This document shows, one piece after another, positions 13,272-23,361 of a stretch of DNA of 64,000 bases. The position numbers and the translations under genes are program-made. Where the stretch lies: positions 416,001 to 480,000 of the forward strand of contig CAWGMA010000001.1 of NCBI GenBank assembly GCA_963823555.1, in the 5' to 3' direction. Within the stretch, counting starts at the first letter, position 1. Every line of letters starts with the position of its first letter. Below the pieces are notes generated by a model. That model worked only from the letters and a program-made list of their open reading frames with translations, did no database searches and was not told the DNA's origin. This DNA comes from Candidatus Eiseniibacteriota bacterium. Its GTDB lineage: Bacteria > Eisenbacteria > RBG-16-71-46 > CAVPCR01.

Positions 13272-14201
13272 ATGATGATCAAGATGGGCGTGATTGTTGC
13301 GGCGTTGCTGCTGGCCGTGGCCAGCGTCGGAAACGTGGCGGCCGACAATGGCGAGATCGCCCGTGTCGTCGCGGCCTTGAACGAACGCGCCGTTCCTCCG
13401 GTTGAGGACGGGCCGGCAGAAGACGGCTCGGCCATTCCGGACGAGCTCGGACTTGTGGCGTGGACCATCGAGACGCCCGGACCCGATCAGTGCTCGATCG
13501 ATGTTGCGGTCCTCGGCGCCTCGACATCGACGCAGCTGCAGGATGTGGTCAACAACCTCACCGGTGACTCACGCATTGCCTCGGTCACGGGCATCGTCAT
13601 CACCGCTGTGACGCCGACCCTGGCCGAACTCCAGGCGTTCGACGCGGTGCTGGTCTACACGAACTCCACCCCGCAGAGCTCGACTGTCCTCGGTGACAAC
13701 CTCGCGGGCTACGTGGATGGTGGGGGCGGCGTCGCTCTCACGATGTTCGCCATTCGCGCCTCCTCGGCGGCGCGCACGATCGAGGGACGGTTCCTCACCG
13801 ACAACTACTACTGCATCGAGCGCAGCGTCGGAACGAGCACGACCGGGAACGCGACGCTCGGGACGATCTACCTCCCGGCCAGCCCGCTGGTCGAGAATGT
13901 GAATACCTTCGATGGCGGGACGTCGAGCTTCCGCTCGCCCGCCCCGCTCCATCCGAACGCCGTCCGGGTCGCCGACTGGTCGACCGGGGAGATCCTGATC
14001 GCGGAGCGCACCGATCTCGGCGGTGGGCGCGTCGACCTCGGATTCTTCGCGGTCTCCCAGCTGGCATCGTCGTCGAGCTGGCTCATCACCACGGATGGCG
14101 CCACCATCCTCCGCAACGCGGTCGTGGTGGCCAGCCGCTGCGGCCAGACGACCGCGGTCGAGCCATCCACATGGGGAGCGATCAAGGCGCTGGGCCAGTA
14201 G
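13272..14201 (+). CDS. Secreted hypothetical protein with C-terminal 'AVEPSTWGAIKAL' tail
   Basis: Signal peptide and a short conserved-looking C-terminal motif. Confidence 0.75.
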   Translation: MMIKMGVIVAALLLAVASVGNVAADNGEIARVVAALNERAVPPVEDGPAEDGSAIPDELGLVAWTIETPGPDQCSIDVAVLGASTSTQLQDVVNNLTGDSRIASVTGIVITAVTPTLAELQAFDAVLVYTNSTPQSSTVLGDNLAGYVDGGGGVALTMFAIRASSAARTIEGRFLTDNYYCIERSVGTSTTGNATLGTIYLPASPLVENVNTFDGGTSSFRSPAPLHPNAVRVADWSTGEILIAERTDLGGGRVDLGFFAVSQLASSSSWLITTDGATILRNAVVVASRCGQTTAVEPSTWGAIKALGQ

Positions 14202-14232
14202 AAGAGCCCCCGCGAATTCAACGATCGGGCCT

Positions 14233-14276
14233 AACCCCCGAGGAAAGTGTGGAGTAGCACTCTTCTCGGGGGTTTG
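14233..14276 (+). terminator. Rho-independent terminator candidate
   Basis: AACCCCCGAGGAAAGTG...CACTCTTCTCGGGGGTT followed by TGTT. Confidence 0.5.
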
Positions 14277-14530
14277 TTCGTCTCGAGGTCGATGCCCATG
14301 TCTGGAGATGACAGCGAGCATATCTAAAATGCTGATTGTAGTTCTGGTGAAGACACGATCGTGCGCCATGGGTCCCCTGAAGGTTGATTCGGCAGCGATG
14401 GCAATGTAACGTTGTCGATGCGCACACATCGCACCCGGTCCGCCGCCAGGAATCGGATATCCTCTGGACTTCATGGGAACGACCGGGCAGGTAGTTCACC
14501 ACCTTCGCAGAGATGCTGGAAGGAGGGACG

Positions 14531-16432
14531 ATGCTTCACTTGGAACTGCAGCGCGCAGGTGGCGCCGGGAGAGTCGCAGTGGCAGTCGCTCTCCTGGTTG
14601 TTGCCGCATGGGCCGTACCTTGCCACTCGCAAGTTGCGTCTTCGCTGATCAATGAAGGCGATCCACTGCCGGATGCACCGGGGCAATCCGTCAGTGGAAT
14701 CAACAACACCGCGGTGAATCGTGTCGATGGCTACGCTGCAACCCTCAATTCGAGCGGTGCGGCGACCCTGAGCCATATCTGGGGCAATCCGACTGGTGGC
14801 GCCGGGATGATCCTTCGCACCGAGACCACCATCGGCTCGCTGGTCCAGACCTCGTTCGAGTCCTTCTACGGGATGGATGACTCCGGCGCGCTCTGCTATA
14901 GCGCCTCGGGAACGGGCGGACCGGACGGGGGTTTCGATGCTGTTTTCAAGGATGACACCCCGATCGCCGTCGAGGGGGATCCTCATCCGACGCTCCCCGG
15001 TCAGTTCTGGAGCTTCGCGAGCCGTCCCGGGATCACCGCTGACGGGATTCCCTATCTTGTCGGTGGCCTCAGGGAGACGGTAGGTGGAGCGACCTCCAAC
15101 CGGGGGATCTTCATCGGCATGAACGGAGATCCGGTCATCATCGGCGGGGACGTTCTGCCGAATCTGCCCGGGCCCCTGGACACGGGGACCACCGTCAGCT
15201 TCGACTACCGCTACTCGACGCTCGGCACCCATTACATCGTCGAGGTCCAGATCGATGGCCTGGGCACCGGCGAGGACAACGCCATGGTCGTCGACGGTGC
15301 CGGCCTTCTCCTCGATGGCGCGCTCGTGCGGGAAGGCACCCCGGTTCCAGCCGCGGTCGGCGGACTCCCGGGCGAGAACTGGGACAACTTCGACTTCGAT
15401 GGCTATACGGAGGCCGGTGAGTACTTCTTCACCGGCGACACGGACGGTGATATCGCCACCGACGAGTTCATCCTCGAGAACGGTATGATCGTCCTTCGCG
15501 AAGGCGACATGCTCGATGGCGAGACGCTCTCGGGTGCCATCGAGGGCGCCTTCATGAACGAGGATGGGGATCTCGCCTTCATCTGGGACATCCAGGGCGG
15601 TACTCTCGAGGCCCTCTACCTGAACGACATGCTCCTCCTCAAGGAGGGCGATGAGGTGGATCTGGATGGAGATGGGGTGCTCGACCCCGGAGTCGTCCTG
15701 ACCGATTTCACCGGCATCAGCTCTTTGACCCTGACCGACCGTGATCTCACTGGCCAGGTGAAGGTCTATTTCACCGCTGACGTCAACACGGGCTCTGCCG
15801 TGATCGAGGGGTTCTACTGCATGGCCATCGATCTCGGCGGGACGACACCGGTTCTGCTCTCGAGCTTCGACGCCGTGGCCGATCCCGAAGAGCACGCGGT
15901 CGAGCTCCGCTGGTCGACCTCCTTCGAGCAGGATCACCTCGGCTTCCATGTCTATCGGAGCTTCGCCGCCGACGGCGACTATGCGCGCCTGAATACCGAG
16001 CTGGTCGCCGGGGAGAGCCCGTACTCCTACGTCGACCGTGACGTCCAGCCGACCACCACCTACTACTACAGGATCGAGGCTGTGGATCGGGAAGGTGGCG
16101 TTGAGCTCCACGGACCGGCTCGGGTGACGACTCCGGCGTGGGGACTCCTGACCATGCTCCGCCCGAACAGCCCCAACCCGTTCATCGGCCAGACGGACAT
16201 TCCGTTCACGCTGAGCACCGAGGGTCGAGTCAGGCTCTCGATCTACGACGTGGGCGGACGTCTGGTGAGAACGGTCATCGACGGATCGCTCCCCGCGGGC
16301 GATCACTCGGTCACGTGGGACGGTTTCGTCGACCAGGGCGGCGTCTCGCCGCAGGGCGTCTACTTCTATCGACTCGAGGCCGGCGATCGGAGCCAGACCC
16401 GCAAGATGGTGAAGATGCCCGCTTCGAGGTAG
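14531..16432 (+). CDS. Secreted acidic beta-rich protein with Fn3-like and C-terminal FlgD-Ig/T9SS-like domain
   Basis: Signal peptide and PVLLSSF linker. C-terminus reads NSPNPF...IYDVGGRLVR...WDG...GVYFYRL...RKMV. Confidence 0.8.
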   Translation: MLHLELQRAGGAGRVAVAVALLVVAAWAVPCHSQVASSLINEGDPLPDAPGQSVSGINNTAVNRVDGYAATLNSSGAATLSHIWGNPTGGAGMILRTETTIGSLVQTSFESFYGMDDSGALCYSASGTGGPDGGFDAVFKDDTPIAVEGDPHPTLPGQFWSFASRPGITADGIPYLVGGLRETVGGATSNRGIFIGMNGDPVIIGGDVLPNLPGPLDTGTTVSFDYRYSTLGTHYIVEVQIDGLGTGEDNAMVVDGAGLLLDGALVREGTPVPAAVGGLPGENWDNFDFDGYTEAGEYFFTGDTDGDIATDEFILENGMIVLREGDMLDGETLSGAIEGAFMNEDGDLAFIWDIQGGTLEALYLNDMLLLKEGDEVDLDGDGVLDPGVVLTDFTGISSLTLTDRDLTGQVKVYFTADVNTGSAVIEGFYCMAIDLGGTTPVLLSSFDAVADPEEHAVELRWSTSFEQDHLGFHVYRSFAADGDYARLNTELVAGESPYSYVDRDVQPTTTYYYRIEAVDREGGVELHGPARVTTPAWGLLTMLRPNSPNPFIGQTDIPFTLSTEGRVRLSIYDVGGRLVRTVIDGSLPAGDHSVTWDGFVDQGGVSPQGVYFYRLEAGDRSQTRKMVKMPASR

Positions 16433-16545
16433 CCGACCTCGCGTTGCCGGCTGTCAAGAAGTCGCTCTAACGGAGGACGGGCGCGAACCAGGGAAGACCT
16501 GGATCGCGCCCGTTTCCTTGCTCGGGCAGCGGATCGGGAATCCAC

Positions 16546-17874
16546 CTACAGCGTGAAGGTGAACTCGTCGACGAGAGCGCCCGGGACGCGGCCGCTCTCC
16601 ATGGAGCGCCCGCCGTAGGTCTGGGAATCGATGATGAACTCGCGCTCGGCCGTGAGATCGGCGAGGTGGTCACCGAAGATCCGGTAGATGGTCTCGTCGA
16701 AGCGCATCACGTTGACCGGCGCCGTGATCTTGCCGTTCTCGACCCAGAAGGTCGCGAAGCGCGTCATCCCGGTCATCCGGCACGCCGGGCGGTCGGAGTA
16801 GTTGAGATAGTGCACGTTGTTGATGAGGAGCCCCTCGCCGAGTTCGGCGAGAACCCGGTCCTGAGGGAGGTTGCCGGGGGCCATCTCGATCGAGCTCGGG
16901 CGTCTCCCACGATGACGCGCCGTTGGTCGGTACCCCGTACTCCTTGGCCGAGCGCGGCGAGACGAGGCAGCTGGAGAAACAGCCGCCCTTGATGAGCTCG
17001 ACCCGGGGCGGCTTGATGAAGCCGGCGCTCTGGAAGTTGGGAGCCACCCCCTCGGCGGTGTTCTCGAGGATGGTCACTTCCGGCCTCGAGCCGCGCGCCG
17101 TCCTCCGCCATCTTGATGAGGGAGGTCTGCTTGGTGCGGTGGTCCTTGAGCCCGAAGCCGCCCCACGACAGCGTCCCGAGGATGTCGTAGACGGCGAGCG
17201 GCGAGAAGTAGACGCGATACTTGCCGGGATCGATGGTCTCGGCGCGGGCGGGCGAGGATCTTGAGCTGCTCGTCGGCCGGAGACCATCTTGCGCGAGAGC
17301 TCGCTCTCGTCCCAGGCGAAGCCGGCATAGTAGGACTTCACCGCCTTGTCCTGGTGGTGATAGAGGCTCCAGTCGATGTTGAAGGTGAAGCTCGAGAACC
17401 AGTTGCGCTGGCCGAGCGAGTTGGCGAATCCCGAGTGGATGCCGCCTCCGGCATAGATTCCCACCAGGTCCTTGCCGCTGCCCTTCTCGAGAACGGAGCC
17501 CACGGCATCGGTCCCCGCGGGCAGGCTGTTCTCTCCGTGCTTCTCGCTCGAGTGCACTTCCTCGGAATAGAGGAGGTGCGGGTCATCGGGCAGATGCGGG
17601 ATCGTGGCTGCGCAGGTCGCCGAGCAGGGTCGTGAGCCGTCCCTGGTCCGCTTCCCGATCGCCGGAGAGCGTGGCGGAGCCCCTGGCGTGCTTCCGGCCG
17701 CGGATCAGATCGATCTCGATCTCGCGCTGTACAACGTGGCCGGCCTGCCGGATCGCACTCTTCGATGAAACGCACGAACTCCGAGTCCTCGGCGCGGAAG
17801 GAAGACGTGGCGACCTCGCCTGCCATGAGCTTCGACTGAATGAAATCGGCCAGCTCGTAGAAGTAGCTCTGCAT
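16546..17874 (-). CDS. tldE: TldE/PmbA family protein, interrupted by about 5 frameshifts (probably sequencing indels)
   Basis: Consecutive fragments in different frames: MQSYFYELA..., GIYAGG...GFANSLGQRNWF, CLVSPRSAKEYG and HYLNYSDR...TGMTRFATFWVENG. Directly downstream of tldD. Confidence 0.75.
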
Positions 17875-17877
17875 CGC

Positions 17878-19311
17878 TCATGCCCCCCCGAAGACGTCGA
17901 CGTTCGCGAAGAGACAGGCCGGCGAGGCGTGCCCGACCCGGATGGCCTGATTGGGTTCCCCCTTGCCGCAGTAGGGAGTGCCCAGGATGTCGCGGGTTTC
18001 GACCGTTCCCACCATCTTGAGACTGCGCCAGAAAGTCGCCGAGATGCCGCGGTAGCTGGGTTTCTTGACCAGCGTGGTCAGCTTGCCGTTCTCGATGAGC
18101 TGGCCCCACTCGCAGCCGAACTGGAACTTGTTGCGCGAGTCATCGATGGACCAGCTGTTGTTGCTCTTCATGTAGATGCCGTGTTCCACGGCGGCGATCA
18201 TCTCCTCCAGCTTCGAAGTACCCGGCTCGAGGTTCAGGTTGGCCATGCGGTCGATCGGCGGCCGGTTCCAGCTCGAGGCGCGGGCATTGGCCACGCCTTC
18301 GATCCCCGCCCGCTTCTGGGAGACGACGCTCCCGAGCGGGCGCTCGAGGATGCCGCTGCGGATGATGTACTCCTTGCGGGCCGGCACCCCGTCATCGTCG
18401 AAGCCGAAGCTCGCGAACTCGCCCTGGAGCGTGGGGTCGTAGGTGATGTTCAGGAGATCCGAGCCGTAGCGATAGGAGCCGAACATGTCGAGCGTCACGA
18501 AGCTGGTGCCGGCGTAGTTCCGCTCGTCACCGAGGATGCGATCGAGCTCGAGCGGATGGCCGATCGACTCGTGGATCTGGAGGATCATCTGATCCGGAGC
18601 CAGGAGGAGGTCCATCTTGCCCGTCGGGCAGTTGGGGGCGGCGAGGAGCGCCAGCGCCTCGCTCGCGATGCGCGGTGCCGCATCGTAGAACCCGATCTGG
18701 TCGAGCACCTCGAGACCGCCCTGACGGCAGGTGCCGCGCGCGCCGAGCGATCGGGTCTGGGTTTCCGAGCCTTCGTTGGCGGTGGCGCTGAGCACCGGCA
18801 CCATGAAGGAGAAGTGCTGCTCGACATCGCCGCCTTGATTGGTGATGTACTGAGTGTGCGAGCGCGTGTGCCAGAGGGATGCTTCCCAGTCGACGATGCG
18901 CCGATCGATCTTGAGGCGCTCGCTCTCGCGCTTGAGGAGATCGATCTTGGCGGCCAGGGGGATTGAATCCCAGGGTTTGTCGACGTGTGTCGCGTACTCA
19001 CCCTGCGGGGACGGCATCGGGATCCGGGAGAAGTCGGTGACGCCGATACGCGCCGTCTTCTCGGCCCATGCCCGCGCCTGCGCCAGGGCATCGGCGATCC
19101 CGCGCTCGGTGAGATCGGAGGTGGCGGCATAGCCGAGGCCGCCGCCATCGATCACCGTCAACATGGCGCCGACGTCGTTCGCGTGCACGGTCGGCTGGAG
19201 GACGTTCTGCCGGACCTGGAGGATCTCGGAGCGCTCGTCAACGAGGCGGAGTGAGCAGAAATCGACTTTCGGAGCGATGCGGTGGAAAAGCTCCGCGATC
19301 GTTTTGGGCAT
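17878..19311 (-). CDS. tldD: TldD family metalloprotease
   Basis: IHESIGHPLELDRILGDE, PIDRMANLN and CGKGEPNQ..VGHASP motifs. ATG 19311 (MPKTIAELF). Confidence 0.9.
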   Translation of the reverse strand: MPKTIAELFHRIAPKVDFCSLRLVDERSEILQVRQNVLQPTVHANDVGAMLTVIDGGGLGYAATSDLTERGIADALAQARAWAEKTARIGVTDFSRIPMPSPQGEYATHVDKPWDSIPLAAKIDLLKRESERLKIDRRIVDWEASLWHTRSHTQYITNQGGDVEQHFSFMVPVLSATANEGSETQTRSLGARGTCRQGGLEVLDQIGFYDAAPRIASEALALLAAPNCPTGKMDLLLAPDQMILQIHESIGHPLELDRILGDERNYAGTSFVTLDMFGSYRYGSDLLNITYDPTLQGEFASFGFDDDGVPARKEYIIRSGILERPLGSVVSQKRAGIEGVANARASSWNRPPIDRMANLNLEPGTSKLEEMIAAVEHGIYMKSNNSWSIDDSRNKFQFGCEWGQLIENGKLTTLVKKPSYRGISATFWRSLKMVGTVETRDILGTPYCGKGEPNQAIRVGHASPACLFANVDVFGGA

Positions 19312-19450
19312 CGTCGGTCTCCTGTGTGTACTGGCGCTCGTGCGGGCGGCGGAGGCGAGAGCCGGCTCGCAGGGCTGGGGACGAAACGCGTGCATTCTAC
19401 GGGATCGAGGCCGGCGGCGCCACCGTTCGCGGCGCGCGGGGTCAGCGCGA

Positions 19451-20641
19451 TCAGCGTGCAGCGCGGAAGCCGTAGGTGGTTGATTGCAGATAGCTGGGCG
19501 GACGCCAGACCCGGCTTGCCGAGCGGCAGAATTTACCGAAGCTGCCCCAGTCCCCGCCGCGCGCCACCTTGTAGGCGCCGTTCTCGGGACCGGGCGGGTC
19601 GGCGAATGGGGATTCACCGTAGTAGCCGCTCCCATACCAGTCGTTCACCCACTCGAGCGCGTTCCCGCTCATGTCGTAGAGGCCGAAGGCGTTGGCTTCC
19701 TTCTCGCGCACCGGGTGCGGGGCCTCGTCCGAGTTGGAGCAGTACCAGGCGATGGCCGCCGTCGCCGGGTCGGCACCGCATTCCAGCTCGGTGATCGCAC
19801 CGTTGTATAGCGCTGTCGAGGTGCCGGCGCGACAGGCGTACTCCCACTCGGCCTCCGTCGGCAGTCGCCAGTCCTGATCCTGGCAGAAGGCACTCGCCCC
19901 GTACCAGGTGACGCGAAGCACGGGGAAGTTCTCGTGGCCTCCATCGACCGTGAAGCCGATGCCGGTGAAGGCGATGTGCGAATCACCGAGCTCGAGGTAT
20001 GTCGCTCCGGGATAGAGGCCGCCGGGGGAACCGACGACGAGAGTGTCCGTGACGGCGACGAGGCCGCGGGCGAAGGCGCGGTCGAGCCAGGTTGCATAGT
20101 GCGTGGTGGTGACCTCGGTCTGGGTGATCGAGAAGGCCGAGATCGACACCGTGTGCTCGGGGCCTTCGTCTTCGTCCCGTCCCGGTTCGTCGGGCGGCGA
20201 ACCCATGAGGAAGCTGCCGGCCGGGAGCGATATCCAGCGCAGCGGCAGGATCGGCGGCGGCACCAGGACCTGGATCCGCACGGTGTCGGCGCCGGTCGCG
20301 CCCTCCGAATCGGTGGCGGTGAGGATGATCGTGTGCTCGCCGGTGGCCAGGGTGTCGATGGTCACGGTCTGGCCGGTGCCGAGGAAGCCCGAGAGGCTCG
20401 AGCTCCAGCCGAGAGCGCCGCCCACGAGCGCGCCGTCCTCGGGATCGGTGCCTGTCCCCTGGAGCTGCACCAGCTCTCCGGGTTCGTAGATCGCGCCCGT
20501 GGCGGGGGAGAAGATGGTGGCGGCGGGCGAGCGATTGGAGGGCGGCGGCGGCTGAGACGGGTAGTCATCGCAGCCGGCGAGGCAGCCGACGGCGACGGCC
20601 AGCATGCCCAATGCGCCTCGCCACCTGGCCCGTTCCCGCAT
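19451..20641 (-). CDS. Lipoprotein with Ig/PKD-like domain and formylglycine-generating-enzyme (FGE-sulfatase) domain
   Basis: Lipobox LAGC, F.MGS...E.P.H.V, RLPTEAEWEYACR, NAFGLYDMSGN and RGG.W motifs. Confidence 0.88.
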   Translation of the reverse strand: MRERARWRGALGMLAVAVGCLAGCDDYPSQPPPPSNRSPAATIFSPATGAIYEPGELVQLQGTGTDPEDGALVGGALGWSSSLSGFLGTGQTVTIDTLATGEHTIILTATDSEGATGADTVRIQVLVPPPILPLRWISLPAGSFLMGSPPDEPGRDEDEGPEHTVSISAFSITQTEVTTTHYATWLDRAFARGLVAVTDTLVVGSPGGLYPGATYLELGDSHIAFTGIGFTVDGGHENFPVLRVTWYGASAFCQDQDWRLPTEAEWEYACRAGTSTALYNGAITELECGADPATAAIAWYCSNSDEAPHPVREKEANAFGLYDMSGNALEWVNDWYGSGYYGESPFADPPGPENGAYKVARGGDWGSFGKFCRSASRVWRPPSYLQSTTYGFRAAR

Positions 20642-23361
20642 CAGAAGGCCCAGCTCATTCCGAACCGGATCACCCGCCCCCGTTCCCACACCCGCGGATC
20701 GTCGAGGGGGATGAAGCGCGCGCCGCCGGACTCGTCGACGTCGATCGCCGCGCCTCCGGCCTGCCCGGTCTCGGTGTAGTAGATGACGTAATCGTCCTCG
20801 CTCACGAAGGCGTGCGGCGTGTTGTCGGGTGCGAGCTCACGGATGTTCTCCGAATCGAGCAGATTGTAGGCGCGCAGGAAGGCGACGAACCGTTGCCCCC
20901 AGGCGCCGAAGTGCTTCGAGAAGTCGGCATCGACCCGGAACGTCCCGGGGAGCCGCGCCGAGTTGATCTGGTCGGCGGTCCGCCGCGTGCGCTCCCCGAG
21001 CTGGATGGGGGTGTAGGGGAGCCCTGACCCATAGCTCGCGACGAAGGTGGCGATCCAGTCGCCGGGATAGCCGGCATGCAGCGTCGCGTTCACCGTGTGG
21101 CGCTGGTCCCAGTCGAGCGGTCGCTCCTCGGCCGCGCGCGAGGTCTCGACATCCTGGTTCTCGAACCGCTCCTCGGCGCTCGAGGCGACACCGGTGGCCC
21201 GGCTCAGGGTATAGGCGATCTCCCCCCAGAGCGGCGCGCCGGTGCGCTTGCGAAGCGCGACCTCGAGGCCGCGGATGCTCGCGAAATCCTGGTTGGTCCA
21301 GACATCCACGAGCTCGACGAAGCCGGGCACCTCGCGCCGCTCCGTCGTCAGCAGCCCGAAGATGTCCTTGAAGAAGATGGTGCCCGTGATGGCGACATCG
21401 CGCGTGATGAGATGCTGGACTCCGGCCTGGTAGGCCACCGTCACCTCGGGTTCGAGGTTCAGGTTGCCGCGGATCCGCACGTTGGAATCCCGCTCCTCGA
21501 AGATGAAGCGGCGATCGGGCACCTGGAAGTACCTCCCGTAGTGGAAGCTGAGCGCCTGGCGATCGCTGATCGGGAAGGCGATACCGAGCCGGGGGCTCCA
21601 CTGGTCGCGCACTTGCTCATCGGCGGCCGCGGCGTCGAACTGGTTACCGAGCGAGAAGAAGTCGTAGCGGAGTCCCGCGCTCAGCACCATGCCCTCGTGC
21701 TTCCATTGATCCTGGACATAGAAGGCGCCCTCGGGGTTGTCGATCGCCAGCTCCGAGCGGTAGCGTCCCTGCGTGCCGCCGGCGTTCACCTCGTTGGGGA
21801 AGTCGAGCTGGAGGAGGCTCAGATCGTTGAGCTGGAGCAGGTATCCGCCCTTCACGATGTGCTTGCTCGTCGGATGGGTGAGATCGCCGCGCAGGGTCCA
21901 CACCTCGCTCTGGCGCTCGGACCAGTAGGGGAAGTCGCCGTGGGTGACGTAGTAGAACCCCTCATCGAAGTTTCCCTCCCAGTAGTCCGGGAAGAAGGCT
22001 TCATAGTCCTCGGGGTCCTTGCCCAGGACGCTGGCGGTGGCGGTCGAGCGGAGGTAGGCGAGGCGGGTCTCGAGGTTGGTCCTGCCGAAGAGATGCCCCC
22101 AGGTGATCTTGGCGACCGAGATCCGCGTGTCGTAGTTGGGGGTGTGCTCGGGAGCATTGTAGGCGACATAGGTCGAGTCGAGCGGCGTCGATGACCAGGC
22201 GCCGTAGCGCACGATGGGATTGCCCTCGGCATCGACGTCGGGAATCACCTGCACGTATCCGGCGCGACTCCAGGGGTGGGTGTAGAAGTCCCCGAGATCG
22301 CGGTTCTGCAGCAGCTCGAAGCTCAAGCGATCGCCCTCGCGGGGTTGCTTGTAGGTGACCTTCCCGGTCCAGCGCACCTGGTTCGACTGGCGGCCGCCGA
22401 GGGAGATGAAGTCGAGAACGGTGCGGTGCGATCGCTCCTCGTTCGTCTCGAGATAGGTGTCGTCGAACGTGCCTTCATACGACACGAAGTAGGACAGGCG
22501 CTTCCAGCCGAGCGGGCCGCCGAAGCCCAGCGAGAGGCGGTCGAAGTTGGTGTACGTGCGGTCCGGCGCCCCGAAGTCGTCGGTCTCGTAGCGCACCTCA
22601 CCCGAGAACGTCTCGCCGCCGTCGCGGGTCTTGAGATCGACGATGCCTGACTGCGCGTTCCCGTACTCGGCGTCGAAGCCGCCGGTCAGGACCTCGCTCT
22701 CGGCAAGGGCCACGGTCGAGATCGAGAACGGTTCGGGCGCGAGCGGGTCGCGGGCCGGGATGCCGTCGATCTGATAGAGGACCTCCCCGGAGCGGCCGCC
22801 GCGGAAGTGGAGATCGCCCGAGGCGGAGACCACGCCCGGCATCAGCTTGATCGCCTCGAGGACATCGTCGACCGGGATCGAGCGCACATCGTCACCCAGG
22901 ATCAAGCGGCCGCTGGATGCGCTCTCGGGCTGGATGAGCGCGTCGCGGGCGCGCACGTCGATGGCTTCGAGCTCGATGTCCTCACCGGGACCGAGGCGGA
23001 AGTCCACGCGCACCTTGCCCCCGGGGAGGAGGACGACGTCCATCTGGCGCTCGGTCAGATAGCCGAGCGACTGCGCCTGAACGGTGTAGGTCCCGGCCGG
23101 CGCGACGAAGTGGTAGCGGCCGTCCATGTCGGCCATGGCGCCGTAGGATGTGTCGAGGAGCATCACGCTCGCCGCCGGCACCGGGAGGCCGGTCACCTTG
23201 GAGACGACCGTGCCCTCGATCGCCCCGTTCTCGGCCGCGGGTGCGGACTGACTCATCAGAATCGGCACGAGTACCAGCAAGGGGAGAAGGGGCGGAAGCG
23301 GGCGCCTGCGCGGCGCACGCCCGCCTCGCGCTGCGGGGTGCGGAGAGCCGTCGGCTCTCAT
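20641..23361 (-). CDS. TonB-dependent receptor with N-terminal carboxypeptidase-regulatory-like domain
   Basis: Plug 'PGVV...HFRGGR..E..Y.IDG', 'GGFDAEYGNAQSG', SPRLGIAFP, NL.PE.T and a terminal Phe. Confidence 0.9.
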   Translation of the reverse strand: MRADGSPHPAARGGRAPRRRPLPPLLPLLVLVPILMSQSAPAAENGAIEGTVVSKVTGLPVPAASVMLLDTSYGAMADMDGRYHFVAPAGTYTVQAQSLGYLTERQMDVVLLPGGKVRVDFRLGPGEDIELEAIDVRARDALIQPESASSGRLILGDDVRSIPVDDVLEAIKLMPGVVSASGDLHFRGGRSGEVLYQIDGIPARDPLAPEPFSISTVALAESEVLTGGFDAEYGNAQSGIVDLKTRDGGETFSGEVRYETDDFGAPDRTYTNFDRLSLGFGGPLGWKRLSYFVSYEGTFDDTYLETNEERSHRTVLDFISLGGRQSNQVRWTGKVTYKQPREGDRLSFELLQNRDLGDFYTHPWSRAGYVQVIPDVDAEGNPIVRYGAWSSTPLDSTYVAYNAPEHTPNYDTRISVAKITWGHLFGRTNLETRLAYLRSTATASVLGKDPEDYEAFFPDYWEGNFDEGFYYVTHGDFPYWSERQSEVWTLRGDLTHPTSKHIVKGGYLLQLNDLSLLQLDFPNEVNAGGTQGRYRSELAIDNPEGAFYVQDQWKHEGMVLSAGLRYDFFSLGNQFDAAAADEQVRDQWSPRLGIAFPISDRQALSFHYGRYFQVPDRRFIFEERDSNVRIRGNLNLEPEVTVAYQAGVQHLITRDVAITGTIFFKDIFGLLTTERREVPGFVELVDVWTNQDFASIRGLEVALRKRTGAPLWGEIAYTLSRATGVASSAEERFENQDVETSRAAEERPLDWDQRHTVNATLHAGYPGDWIATFVASYGSGLPYTPIQLGERTRRTADQINSARLPGTFRVDADFSKHFGAWGQRFVAFLRAYNLLDSENIRELAPDNTPHAFVSEDDYVIYYTETGQAGGAAIDVDESGGARFIPLDDPRVWERGRVIRFGMSWAF

